A stretch of DNA of 64,000 bases from Candidatus Poribacteria bacterium (GTDB taxonomy: Bacteria; Poribacteria; WGA-4E; PCPOR2b). The translations under genes were made by a program, and so were the position numbers. Positions 39,206 through 49,010 of this stretch are shown one piece after another (position 1 is the stretch's first letter; every line of letters starts with the position of its first letter). The notes beneath the pieces were generated by a model that saw nothing but the letters and a program-made list of their open reading frames with translations, did not search any database and was not told where the DNA came from. Where the stretch lies: contig OZ242036.1 in the NCBI GenBank assembly GCA_965205075.1, positions 3,196,795-3,260,794 on the forward strand, read 5' to 3'.

Positions 39206-40222
39206 TCAGATAAGGCCCGCAGTAAAATCTTCCAGTCGAATTACTTCACCGCCCCGTGCAGCCGATGCATTTGCACCGAGAACTGCTGCGAGGCTATTCA
39301 TACTAGTGGCATAAGAACTCCGCATCATGCTAGCATCACCAATCCGCACAGCTTTGACAAAAGCGTGCGCTTGCAAGGCAAAAGCGTTATCGCTTTCCGT
39401 CGTTTCCCAGACAGTCTCACCATTCTCCACAACCTTTTGCCCCGACCACTCCATCAATGAATCATCGCTGACCAGCATCACTTGCTGCCGTGAAATACTC
39501 ACATTTGTCAGCACCCGCGAAACACTCACATTGGCAGTTATGCCGTTAGTGAAGCGGTAATTGACGTTGTATACATGCGGCATGTTCATCGGTTCGGGTC
39601 CCTCGCCGGGCTTCCGGTCAACGTAGAAAGCGGACACTGCTTCGATATCTCCCAAGAAGTAGCGCAGTAGATCTACCGTGTGGATGGTGTTTTCGACGAA
39701 TGAACCACCGCATAACTCGAAACGACTTGTCCAGTAGCGGATCGGCCTGCCACTGTAGAGACGCTGCACCAAGGCGTGTCGCAAGGTGCGCCCCTGCAAT
39801 CTCCGACACACCTCTTCTGCCGACGGATAATAACGGCTCATAAAGCCGACTTGGGAGACAACGCCCGATTCTTGGATAGCGGTTTCAAACCGAACGGCTT
39901 GCGCCATATCGAGTGTTTGCGGTTTCTCGACAAAGATAGCCAATCCTTTGTCCGCTGCAATAAGGATTTCGTCTGTGTGGAGTGTTGGCGGAATACAAAG
40001 ATAGACTGCGTCGAGGTCTTCTTTGTCCAACATTTCGTGGTGGTCGGTGTAGGTTGCCTGCGCCCCGAAGGCTGCAGCTTGTGTCTTTACAGTCTCTTCA
40101 TTGATATCACAGAATGCTTGCAAAGTGACCTCGCCGGCTTCGACTAACGGTGCAAGGGCGGGCAGGTGTGACCGAGTGGTGATATGGCCAAGACCGATAA
40201 ATCCCAAACGAACAGGTTTCAT
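39206..40222 (-). CDS. Gfo/Idh/MocA family oxidoreductase
   Basis: LGFIGLGHITTRSH Rossmann motif and an EKPQTLDMAQA motif. Start placed at ATG 40222 after GGAGG. Confidence 0.8.
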   Translation of the reverse strand: MKPVRLGFIGLGHITTRSHLPALAPLVEAGEVTLQAFCDINEETVKTQAAAFGAQATYTDHHEMLDKEDLDAVYLCIPPTLHTDEILIAADKGLAIFVEKPQTLDMAQAVRFETAIQESGVVSQVGFMSRYYPSAEEVCRRLQGRTLRHALVQRLYSGRPIRYWTSRFELCGGSFVENTIHTVDLLRYFLGDIEAVSAFYVDRKPGEGPEPMNMPHVYNVNYRFTNGITANVSVSRVLTNVSISRQQVMLVSDDSLMEWSGQKVVENGETVWETTESDNAFALQAHAFVKAVRIGDASMMRSSYATSMNSLAAVLGANASAARGGEVIRLEDFTAGLI

Positions 40223-40617
40223 AGTGATAGATACCTCCATTTCTGAAAAATGCTATAAGGACATGATGAGAATACCATATCTCAGCAACAATTAGCAAGT
40301 GTGATATGAGTTGACAAATCAATCGGTTATGAATAATAATTGTCTATAGGCATTTTCATGGAAATCAGGATTGCTTTGAGGAATAATCTGATTGTGCGGG
40401 ATTTGGAGGTTTTTGTGCAACCTAAAATTCAGTGAAAGTGTCAATCTATTCTTGAATTATCGTGCTGCAATTATGATATAATATCTTGATTAAAGAAGGG
40501 TTTCTTACGTCTGAGATTTGGTACTCTTATAGTCGGTATCATGTGTATAACTCTTGGTATTATCTTCGCTGTTCGTATTTCGATTTAGAATTTTCGTGTC
40601 CATAAAAAGGAGAGAAC

Positions 40618-41724
40618 ATGAAGGATTTATACCGTGTCGCTATTATCGGCACCGGTCGTATGGGTGGCTTAATCGAAGATGAACTCACGGTTAACCAATT
40701 TTCGAGCCCTTATGGGCACTTCAGCGCCTATGCCGCCATTGAGCAGACCGAGGTGGTCGCCGTTGCCAATCGTGGGGAGGAACGCTTGAAGCGGTTCACC
40801 GATCGGTTTGGCATTACCAACACTTATCTCGATTATCGCGAGATGATTGAGCGGGAAAAGCCGGACATTGTGAGTGTGACCACGCCATCATTCGCACGCG
40901 CTGAGCCGATTATCTTTGCGGCAGAGCATGGTGTACGAGGGATATATTCGGAGAAAGGGCTGTGTGCGTCATTGGAGGAAGCTGATCGCATTACCGCCGC
41001 GTGTAAAGCAAATGAGGTTGCCTTCAACTGGGGTGCGATGCGCCGACACCATGACGGCTACATTCGGGTGCGCGACGCGATTGCCCAAGGAGATATTGGC
41101 GAACCTCGCTATGCAGTAATGTCGAGCTATACCGACATCATTAAACACCACCCGCACACGCTAGATTTGGTAGCCATGTTGTTGGGGGACCCGATGCCGA
41201 TTTGGGTGGAGGGACGCTTGGTGCAGCGGGGCGAACCGTTGGCTGCAAACGCGGATCAACGTCCCCGCGCGTACCCAGAGTATGACTCCAATGGACATCG
41301 CTTTGTGCCACCCGCCGGGGAAGAGATTGCTGACCCCATGGTCGGATTCTTCCGGATTGGCTATGAAAACGATACGGAGGGGATTTTTCTACCCCTATCT
41401 GGACCATTTAACATTGATGTACACGGCACTGAAGGACACGCCTACGCATGGGACAACGGCGATGTTTTCTGCGTCCGCCGCAGTGCAAAGGGCGGGGCTG
41501 CCGTTGACGAAACGTTTATCAAGCCAGCAGGCGCAAGTCCTACGGTGTGCACAATTCGCAATATCATCCACGAGATTGAAACGGGTGAGCGCACCACAGG
41601 AAATATCGACATAACGATGCAATCGGTGGAGGCGCAATTCGGTATCGCGCATTCGCACTTGCAAGGGGGTGCTCGCGTGGCATTACCTGTCGCAGATCGA
41701 ACCCTTTACATCCCCGGCGGTTGA
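40618..41724 (+). CDS. Gfo/Idh/MocA family oxidoreductase (candidate glycoside 3-dehydrogenase)
   Basis: VAIIGTGRMGG Rossmann motif. Immediately followed by a DUF1080 gene. Confidence 0.8.
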   Translation: MKDLYRVAIIGTGRMGGLIEDELTVNQFSSPYGHFSAYAAIEQTEVVAVANRGEERLKRFTDRFGITNTYLDYREMIEREKPDIVSVTTPSFARAEPIIFAAEHGVRGIYSEKGLCASLEEADRITAACKANEVAFNWGAMRRHHDGYIRVRDAIAQGDIGEPRYAVMSSYTDIIKHHPHTLDLVAMLLGDPMPIWVEGRLVQRGEPLAANADQRPRAYPEYDSNGHRFVPPAGEEIADPMVGFFRIGYENDTEGIFLPLSGPFNIDVHGTEGHAYAWDNGDVFCVRRSAKGGAAVDETFIKPAGASPTVCTIRNIIHEIETGERTTGNIDITMQSVEAQFGIAHSHLQGGARVALPVADRTLYIPGG

Positions 41725-41854
41725 TAGTAATAGGACTGACGCAGCTGGAAGTTGGGCAGGCACAAGACCTGCCCCTACAAAGGATTACTTCCCTGTAGGG
41801 GAAACCCTTGTGGTTGCCCTTGCTATTCAATTCACAACAAAGGAGACAGCATTC

Positions 41855-42388
41855 ATGGCAAACGAATCAATTCAACTTTTTAATGGAACGGATCTCACCG
41901 GTTGGCGGATGCGGCATCCGGACCAAGAACACAAGTGGGTTGTTCACGACGGCATCCTCGACAACACCGGTAAAGGTGTAGATATCATGACGGAGCAAGA
42001 GTTCGGGGACTTTGAACTGCATATCGAGTATCTGGTGCCAGAGGATAGCAACAGTGGTATCTACTTCCGGGGTCGATATGAGATCCAGATTTTAGACAGT
42101 CTTGGGAAGACGTACTCATACCCAGCGGAGAACGGTGCCCTTTATAATCAGAAGCATGTAGATGTTGAGGCGAGTAAGCCAGCAGGAGAATGGCAAACAG
42201 TAGATGCAACACTCAAGGGTATGAGTCTGACAGTAGTCCTAAATGGGGTCAAGATTCACGACAATGTGACCATCGAGGGACCGACAGGTGGACAACTCGC
42301 CGATGATAATCCACCCAAGGGTCCTCTGATGTTGCAGGGGGACCATGGCCCCGTTCAATTTCGCAATATTCGGATTCGGGAATTGTGA
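41855..42388 (+). CDS. DUF1080 (3-keto-disaccharide hydrolase) family protein
   Basis: LFNGTDLTGW...NSGIYFRGRYEIQILDS...GPLMLQGDHGPVQFRNIRIREL family hallmarks. Start placed at ATG 41855 after AAGGAGA. Confidence 0.75.
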   Translation: MANESIQLFNGTDLTGWRMRHPDQEHKWVVHDGILDNTGKGVDIMTEQEFGDFELHIEYLVPEDSNSGIYFRGRYEIQILDSLGKTYSYPAENGALYNQKHVDVEASKPAGEWQTVDATLKGMSLTVVLNGVKIHDNVTIEGPTGGQLADDNPPKGPLMLQGDHGPVQFRNIRIREL

Positions 42389-42744
42389 TAACGGATGAAA
42401 CGATGTCTTGAACACATCCTTCTACACCAACTCAATGAAACTGCCTATGTGAGCCTCACGATTTACGATGCACAAGGACACATCGCTCAGTTGCTATATC
42501 TCGGTCAAAAGGATGCCGGCTTCTATCACATTCTATCACAATCGTTCCCACGCTGCATATTGGGCTGGTCGTAACAAACACAATGAAAAGGTCGCTTCGG
42601 GGCTCTACTTCTACCAGATTTACGCGTCCAGTGAAGCGAGATATGGATTCCAAATCCCGACACCTCACCGGAGTTAGTTAATTGGTTAATGGGTTAATTG
42701 AAGAAATACCCAATGATGTTAGGCTTGGTAAAGAGGTTAGCATG

Positions 42745-44580
42745 AACATCCACACTAAATTAATTTTGAATTACATGGGAATCGTGCTGGTCATTTTGCT
42801 AGCGATGTATGGCTATCTGGATTATTCGTTAAAGCAGAACTTGAGTGAACGAATCACGAGCGAGCTGACAGTGCAAGCGAATCTGACGCGGGAATTTCTG
42901 CTGGAGAAACTCCCTGACACATTCAGTTACGACGTTGTGGACAGCTTTGTGGATCGGCTCGGAGCCGCTAGTAGGGTACGTCTCACATTTATTGGGTGCG
43001 ATGGAATTGTATGGGGAGATACAGAACGTGATGGACAGCGTTTACGGGAGATGGATAATCACCGGAATCGACCAGAAGTACAAGAGGCTTTGGCAGGTGG
43101 AATTGGGACGATCGACCGATATAGCGATACTGTGATGACCACGCTTCGCTACCTTGCCTTGCCAGTGATTCGTGAGGGGAAGATGATTGGTATCTGTCGG
43201 GTTGCGCTGCCTATGAGGGAGATCGATACAGCCATTGGTCAACTCAGATGGCTTTTGCTATTGGCAATCAGTGCAGGTCTTGTGTTCGCAATCTTGTTCA
43301 GCATTATCACCACCAACGTGACCACGAAGCCGATCCGAGACTTGACCCAAGCCACAAAATCGCTCGCAGTTGGCGAATTAAACTCGCGTGTCTCCGTTGC
43401 CGCGTCGGGTGAACTGGGAGAATTGTCCAATCATTTCAATCAGATGGCTAATCGGATTGAAATGCAGATCCATGAGATTTCTCGTGAGCGCAATCTAAGG
43501 GATAGCATCTTATCAAAGATGGTCGAGGGGGTGCTCTTAATTGACGCGCAGTTTGCCATCACGTATGCGAATTCGGCAGCAATCACAATGCTAGACTTTC
43601 CTGTCCACTATCAGGCACTCTCCTTGGTTGAAAGCATCCCTGACCCGGCATTGAAACACCTCCTAATGCAGGTGACGGATACAGAAAAAGCGGGATTCGC
43701 AGAAATCAATCTGATCCGAACAACCGAACGCGAGACGGAAATTATTGTCGTACCCGTCGGAGGGGAGTATCTGGTCAGTCTCCACGACGTGAGTCAGTTG
43801 AGGAAATTGGAGCGGATTCGATCAGATTTCGTCGCGAACGTCGCTCACGAAATGCGAGTTCCGTTGACTTCAATTCACGGCTATGCAGAAACGCTTCTCA
43901 ATGGTGCTTTGGACGACACCGACGCAAACGAGCGGTTTGTGGAAAAGATTTTACAGCAGTCAGCACGGCTCTCACAGTTGGTCTCAGATCTTCTGGATTT
44001 GTCTCAGCTCGAATCCGGGGAGGTAAAGCTCAAATTAAAGCCGTGTGAGATTGACGAATTTCAAGAGACCGTCTTAGCACTCTTTGAACCCGTATTTGAG
44101 GAAGCGGATTTGAGGCTTGAGTGGAGGGTGCCTAAGTATCTACCCACCGTGTTTGCCGATAAGCAACTTATCGGACAGGTATTGGCAAATTTAATTGAGA
44201 ACGCGATCAAGTATACACCAGCGGGGGGAGGGGTTACCATTTCTGCTGAAGCCAGCGAATCAGAGGTTATCGTTCATGTAAAAGATACCGGAATCGGTAT
44301 TCCTTCTGAGGCGTTGCCCCGAATTTTCGAGCGATTCTACCGGGTGGATAAGGGACGCTCGCGCGAGATGGGGGGCACAGGATTGGGACTTGCGATTGCT
44401 AAACACATTCTGCTTCAACATGGTGGAAGGATATGGGTTGACAGCACTTTGGGAGAGGGATCAGTATTTTACTTTGCCTTGCCGTTGCAAAGGAGATTCT
44501 CGGCGACGGAACAGATAGCACAACTCTCTCACATCAAGGAAGCTGAATTATTGCCCCCTTCAACAGTGGATGGGGGATAA
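42745..44580 (+). CDS. phoR: Sensor histidine kinase (TM-HAMP-PAS-HisKA-HATPase), PhoR-like
   Basis: H-box SDFVANVAHEMRVPLTSI, N-box LIENAIKYT, G-boxes DTGIGIP and GGTGLGLAI. Adjacent to phoB and the pst genes. Confidence 0.75.
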   Translation, partial: NIHTKLILNYMGIVLVILLAMYGYLDYSLKQNLSERITSELTVQANLTREFLLEKLPDTFSYDVVDSFVDRLGAASRVRLTFIGCDGIVWGDTERDGQRLREMDNHRNRPEVQEALAGGIGTIDRYSDTVMTTLRYLALPVIREGKMIGICRVALPMREIDTAIGQLRWLLLLAISAGLVFAILFSIITTNVTTKPIRDLTQATKSLAVGELNSRVSVAASGELGELSNHFNQMANRIEMQIHEISRERNLRDSILSKMVEGVLLIDAQFAITYANSAAITMLDFPVHYQALSLVESIPDPALKHLLMQVTDTEKAGFAEINLIRTTERETEIIVVPVGGEYLVSLHDVSQLRKLERIRSDFVANVAHEMRVPLTSIHGYAETLLNGALDDTDANERFVEKILQQSARLSQLVSDLLDLSQLESGEVKLKLKPCEIDEFQETVLALFEPVFEEADLRLEWRVPKYLPTVFADKQLIGQVLANLIENAIKYTPAGGGVTISAEASESEVIVHVKDTGIGIPSEALPRIFERFYRVDKGRSREMGGTGLGLAIAKHILLQHGGRIWVDSTLGEGSVFYFALPLQRRFSATEQIAQLSHIKEAELLPPSTVDGG

Positions 44581-44840
44581 AAATAATCGCTCATGTTAAG
44601 AAATCGTGCAACAGAAACCGTAGAGGCAGGTCTTGTGCCTGCCCAAAAGGGCAACCATAAGGGTTGCCCCTACAGCTCTTTTCGTATTTTGCATTTTCTT
44701 CTTACATGAGCTAAAATAATTTTTATATCTCCTTTTTACTGTGGTTGAGACACATATCGGATTCAGATGGCATCAAAACTTAGCGTTTTGCTTTGACCAT
44801 GTTTTTGCTGTCTGGATTCATAACATTTTCGAGAAGGAAG

Positions 44841-45527
44841 ATGGCATCAAAGATCCTGATTGTGGAAGATGAACCTGATATTGTTGAATTATTAATGTAC
44901 AACTTGCACCAAGCGGGCTTTAAGGCCGACGCAGTCCTTAATGGGGCGGCTGCCCTTGAACGGGTCAAAATCGAGCCGCCTGATCTCATTCTCTTGGACC
45001 TATTGCTTCCAGAGGTAGACGGCCTGGAGGTATGTCGTACCTTAAAACGCGATCCTGAGACGGCAAGCATTCCCATTATTATGCTCACGGCAAAAGGTGA
45101 AGCGATTGACCGAATTGTTGGGTTGGAGTTAGGAGCAGACGACTACATCACCAAGCCATTTAGTCCGCGGGAAGTTATGCTGAGAGTCCGCGCCGTGCTG
45201 CGTCGCGCGCCGAACGTTCCGCGCAGCAGACCTGCAAACCAAATTCAGATTGATGACTTGAAGATTGATCTGGACAGACACCAAGTATTCAGCGATGGCA
45301 GCGTTATTGATCTAACTGCCACAGAGTTCAAAATCCTTTCTCTATTTGCTCATTCCCCGGGGCGTGTCTTCACACGCAGTATTCTGATGGATGCGGTTTG
45401 GGGGCAGGAGTATTACGGCATTGAGCGCACGATGGATACCCATGTAAGTCGTTTGCGGCGTAAGTTAGGACAGTTTGGAGAGCGGATTGAGACCGTACAT
45501 GGAGTCGGCTATCGGCTTAAAGAGTAA
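44841..45527 (+). CDS. phoB: OmpR/PhoB-family response regulator
   Basis: Receiver ILIVEDEPDI...DLILLDLLLP...K, and a winged-helix C-terminus (RVFTRSILMDAVWG...VSRLRRKL). Confidence 0.85.
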   Translation: MASKILIVEDEPDIVELLMYNLHQAGFKADAVLNGAAALERVKIEPPDLILLDLLLPEVDGLEVCRTLKRDPETASIPIIMLTAKGEAIDRIVGLELGADDYITKPFSPREVMLRVRAVLRRAPNVPRSRPANQIQIDDLKIDLDRHQVFSDGSVIDLTATEFKILSLFAHSPGRVFTRSILMDAVWGQEYYGIERTMDTHVSRLRRKLGQFGERIETVHGVGYRLKE

Positions 45528-45570
45528 CAGCACAAAGATATTAAACTATTAAGTTGAATAAGAGATGAGA

Positions 45571-45608
45571 AAAGCCCGGTGGGAGAAATTCTTGCCGGGC
45601 TTTTTTTG
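45571..45608 (+). terminator. Rho-independent terminator after phoB
   Basis: AAGCCCGG-tgggagaaattctt-GCCGGGCTTTTTTTG. Confidence 0.7.
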
Positions 45609-45689
45609 TTTCCCATCACCCTTTCATTAAGATAAACCTTTGAGTTTTAGCACTAAAGCAATTTTGCCACAGAAAAGCCAAAGGAACGC

Positions 45690-45894
45690 TAAAATTTTGT
45701 AACATTTCGAGACTATACTTAGGGCGTTGGTTGGGGAAATCAAGAAATTTGGGATGGAAGGCTTTTGCTGTCCATCCCAAATTTCGTTTTACCACCAAGT
45801 GAAAATGTCCCAAGTCAGACAACCCCTACGTAAGTTAATTGCCACAAAAAGTCGAAAGAAATGTCAAAATTTTGTAACATTCATAACCTATACT
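45690..45894 (+). promoter_or_regulatory. Duplicated promoter-like module (AAAATTTTGTAACATT-N7-CTATACT) at 45690-45719 and 45865-45894, flanking a 13-bp-stem hairpin plus T-run (45745-45792)
   Basis: Two about 30-nt copies with identical core, 175 bp apart. A hairpin aaatttgggatgg/ccatcccaaattt is followed by tcgtttta. Upstream of the TonB-dependent receptor gene. Confidence 0.4.
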
Positions 45895-45938
45895 GTAAGT
45901 GCACTAAAACAAACAGACGTAATCAGAACGGGAGAACG

Positions 45939-48779
45939 ATGAAACAATCACTTTTGTGGGTGTTGGTAGTATGGATTTGTTGGGTTCCATCAACACTCAT
46001 CGCGCAACAAACTGGACGTATTGAAGGGATCGTCCTTGATGAAGCGACAGAAACACCGATAGAAGATGTCAGCATCGTATTGAGCGCGACCCAACAGCGC
46101 GTGTCAACGGATCAGGACGGGGCATTCACTCTCGAAGTTCCCTTGGGGACTTACAACATCAGCGTCCGATTTCCTTTCTATCTCACACAGACCGTATCCG
46201 GAATTGAAGTCAACAAATCACAGCCGAAGCAATCCCTCCGTATTACTCTCACCCCTCAAGTCATTAAATTGGGACCTATACATTTACCTGTCCGCCTGAG
46301 CGAATCCAGTGAAACAGGTCTCTTGGAGAAGCGGCGACTAAGTTTTGCTGTCGAAGATAGCATCAGTACCGAGTTGATGGCTAAGCTCCCCGTCTCAGAC
46401 GCTGGGGAAGCACTAAAACGGGTCACCGGCATCAGTATTGTTGGTGGGCGATACGTTTTCGTGCGTGGGCTAGGGGAACGCTATAGTAACACCTTGCTGA
46501 ACAGCGTCCAGATCCCAAGTCCTGAACCCAACCGCCGCGTTGTTCCGATGGATATTTTTCCTGCCAATCTTCTGGAGAGCCTTCAAACCGTTAAAACTTT
46601 CTCTCCCGATCAGCCGGGTAATTTCGCCGGCGGATCCGTGCAGGTTTTCACGAAAGACTTCCCAGATGCGTTCACTATGTCGCTATCAATGTCCAGTAGT
46701 TTTAATACGGAAACAACGGGCAAGGAACTCCTTGAGTATCCGGGCGGAGATTTAGACAGGTTTGGGTTTGACGACGGCACACGCGCACTCCCCGGTATCA
46801 TTGCAGATCAACCACCGGACGCTCCAATTCGCGAACGTGGGCGTTTTACCAGAGGTGGATTCACACCAGAGGAAATTCAACAGTTTGGCAGAGCCTTTGA
46901 TAATGTTTGGTCACCAGAAAGATATACCGCCCCAGCGAACCAAAGCTATAAGTTTAGCATCGGAAATTCCACTCAACTCGTTGGAAAGGATTTCGGGTAT
47001 TTAGGCATTATTTCATATGGTAATGGACACAGTCATCGCCCAGCAGAAGAACAGAATGCGTTTCGGCTAGGCTTGAATGATCTCACCCCCGTGACGGCAT
47101 ATCTGGTGGAGCGCAGCGCAAATGATGTTAGTTGGGGCGGGGTGCTGAACACAAGTATGCGTTTTTCGCCCGGACAGAAGGTGAGTTTGAGAACACTATA
47201 TAGCCATACCGCCGAAGATGAAACGCGGACTTGGGAGGGTTTCAACGCCGACCGCGGCACAGATATGCGAAGTTCTCGCTTGCTCTATGTTGAACGCGGT
47301 CTCTTTTCCAGCCAGCTTGCCGGCGACCATGAATTTGACTTTGCCTCCGAAAACTTCAATGGTGACTCGGAATCTAAAGCAGGGGAAGAAAGCGATACCA
47401 GTGAACCAGAGTTTACGCCTGTACCGACGCTCTCGTGGCGCTTGACCTTCTCTCGTGCGGTGCGAAACGAACCGGATACCCGCGAAGTCATCTATGAAAA
47501 ACGCCGGGATGAATGGCTTTTCCGTGACATCACTCAGAGCGGTAGTCGGTTCTTCTTTGATTTGGCAGATGATGAAATCAGCGGTAGGCTTGATTGGTCA
47601 ATGCCTATTGTAAGAACAGGCTTGTTCAAAGTCGGCGGGATGTGGAGAGATCGCGATAGAACATTTGATGCCCGTCGTTTTCGGTTTCTGCCCTCCGACA
47701 ATATCGAATTATTCTTAGATCGGACTGCTCATCCGGAGGAACTGTTTACCGCAGAACATATTGCTCCTAACCTCTTTGAACTGCGGGAATCAACGCGAGC
47801 AACAGATAACTACCTCGCCGCACATAGCGTGTGGGCTGGCTATGGTATGATCGATCTGCCGTTGTCGAAGAAGTTTCGGGTGACAACCGGCGCTCGGTTG
47901 GAGGTTTCCGATCAGAACGTCACAACATTTGATCCCTTCACCGCAGAACAGCAAGCGATAGAGGCGAACCTAGATACTACAGATATCCTGCCCAGTCTGA
48001 ACCTGACATACCGGCTGACGGAGCGGATGAACTTGCGCTTGGCTGCCTCCCGCACAGTGACGAGACCAGACCTTCGGGAGTTAGCACCTTTCGAGTTTAC
48101 GGATTTCGTTGGTGGCAGAACAATTTTCGGCAATCCAGAACTTGAACGCACACAAATTGACAATTACGATATCCGTTGGGAGGTTTTCCCAGAATTAGGA
48201 GGCGTGGTAGCAATCAGCGGTTTCTACAAGAAATTCCACAAACCCATTGAGCAGATAATCCAACCAGCGGCTGAAGTGCGAATCACCTACGAAAACGCAG
48301 CAGCAGCGAATAACTATGGGCTTGAACTGGAAGTACGCCAAAACCTCAGCATTCTCGCTTCAAGGTTAAGATATTTGTCGGTCAACACCAACGTAGCGTT
48401 CATCTCGTCTAAAGTTGAGTTGCCCGACGTGGGAATTCAGACCTCTTCTGAGCGTGCGCTGCAGGGACAGTCACCGTATGTTGTGAACGCCAGTCTCGGA
48501 TATGACAATCCCGATTTGGAAATCACCGCCGCGGTTGCGTATCATGTCTTTGGAAAACGAATTGCGGAGGTGGGTAATCACGGCAGTCCGGATGTGTTTG
48601 AACTGCCGCGTTCCCAACTGGATGTGACTTTTGGGAGGCAATTACTCCCATTTCTCCGTTTGAGCCTTTCAGCAAAGAATTTGCTGAATCCTGACGTTAC
48701 CTTAGAACAAGGTAGCGAAACCTACGTGCGGTATCGCACGGGTCGGACATTTTCGTTCGGCTTGAGTTACAACTTGTAA
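45939..48779 (+). CDS. TonB-dependent outer-membrane receptor (with an N-terminal carboxypeptidase-regulatory-like domain)
   Basis: Signal peptide. A CarbopepD_reg-like region, plug-domain motifs and a long beta-barrel (947 aa) with a C-terminal barrel strand. In the Pho cluster. Confidence 0.8.
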   Translation: MKQSLLWVLVVWICWVPSTLIAQQTGRIEGIVLDEATETPIEDVSIVLSATQQRVSTDQDGAFTLEVPLGTYNISVRFPFYLTQTVSGIEVNKSQPKQSLRITLTPQVIKLGPIHLPVRLSESSETGLLEKRRLSFAVEDSISTELMAKLPVSDAGEALKRVTGISIVGGRYVFVRGLGERYSNTLLNSVQIPSPEPNRRVVPMDIFPANLLESLQTVKTFSPDQPGNFAGGSVQVFTKDFPDAFTMSLSMSSSFNTETTGKELLEYPGGDLDRFGFDDGTRALPGIIADQPPDAPIRERGRFTRGGFTPEEIQQFGRAFDNVWSPERYTAPANQSYKFSIGNSTQLVGKDFGYLGIISYGNGHSHRPAEEQNAFRLGLNDLTPVTAYLVERSANDVSWGGVLNTSMRFSPGQKVSLRTLYSHTAEDETRTWEGFNADRGTDMRSSRLLYVERGLFSSQLAGDHEFDFASENFNGDSESKAGEESDTSEPEFTPVPTLSWRLTFSRAVRNEPDTREVIYEKRRDEWLFRDITQSGSRFFFDLADDEISGRLDWSMPIVRTGLFKVGGMWRDRDRTFDARRFRFLPSDNIELFLDRTAHPEELFTAEHIAPNLFELRESTRATDNYLAAHSVWAGYGMIDLPLSKKFRVTTGARLEVSDQNVTTFDPFTAEQQAIEANLDTTDILPSLNLTYRLTERMNLRLAASRTVTRPDLRELAPFEFTDFVGGRTIFGNPELERTQIDNYDIRWEVFPELGGVVAISGFYKKFHKPIEQIIQPAAEVRITYENAAAANNYGLELEVRQNLSILASRLRYLSVNTNVAFISSKVELPDVGIQTSSERALQGQSPYVVNASLGYDNPDLEITAAVAYHVFGKRIAEVGNHGSPDVFELPRSQLDVTFGRQLLPFLRLSLSAKNLLNPDVTLEQGSETYVRYRTGRTFSFGLSYNL

Positions 48780-49010
48780 AGAATAAGAAAAACTCTCTTT
48801 ATGTTTCACACTTAATCTATGGTGGATTCTAAAAATAAATGGACACTTTCGCCTCCCGGTAGGTGCGGTTTGCAACCGCACCGAATAGGCGCAGTTAGAA
48901 ACAGCGCCTACCAAACGGTAGAACGGTAGTTTCGTTTTCCTAACCGCACCGGATTGGAGTGTCTAAGTAATTCTAAAATCTACTATAAAAAAGAAAGGAA
49001 GTTTAATTCA

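Noticed and set aside
45616-45942. Two short ORFs (68 and 71 aa) in the phoB-to-receptor spacer
   Set aside because: The region is occupied by a terminator, duplicated promoter modules and a hairpin. The ORFs lack RBSs and overlap these elements.
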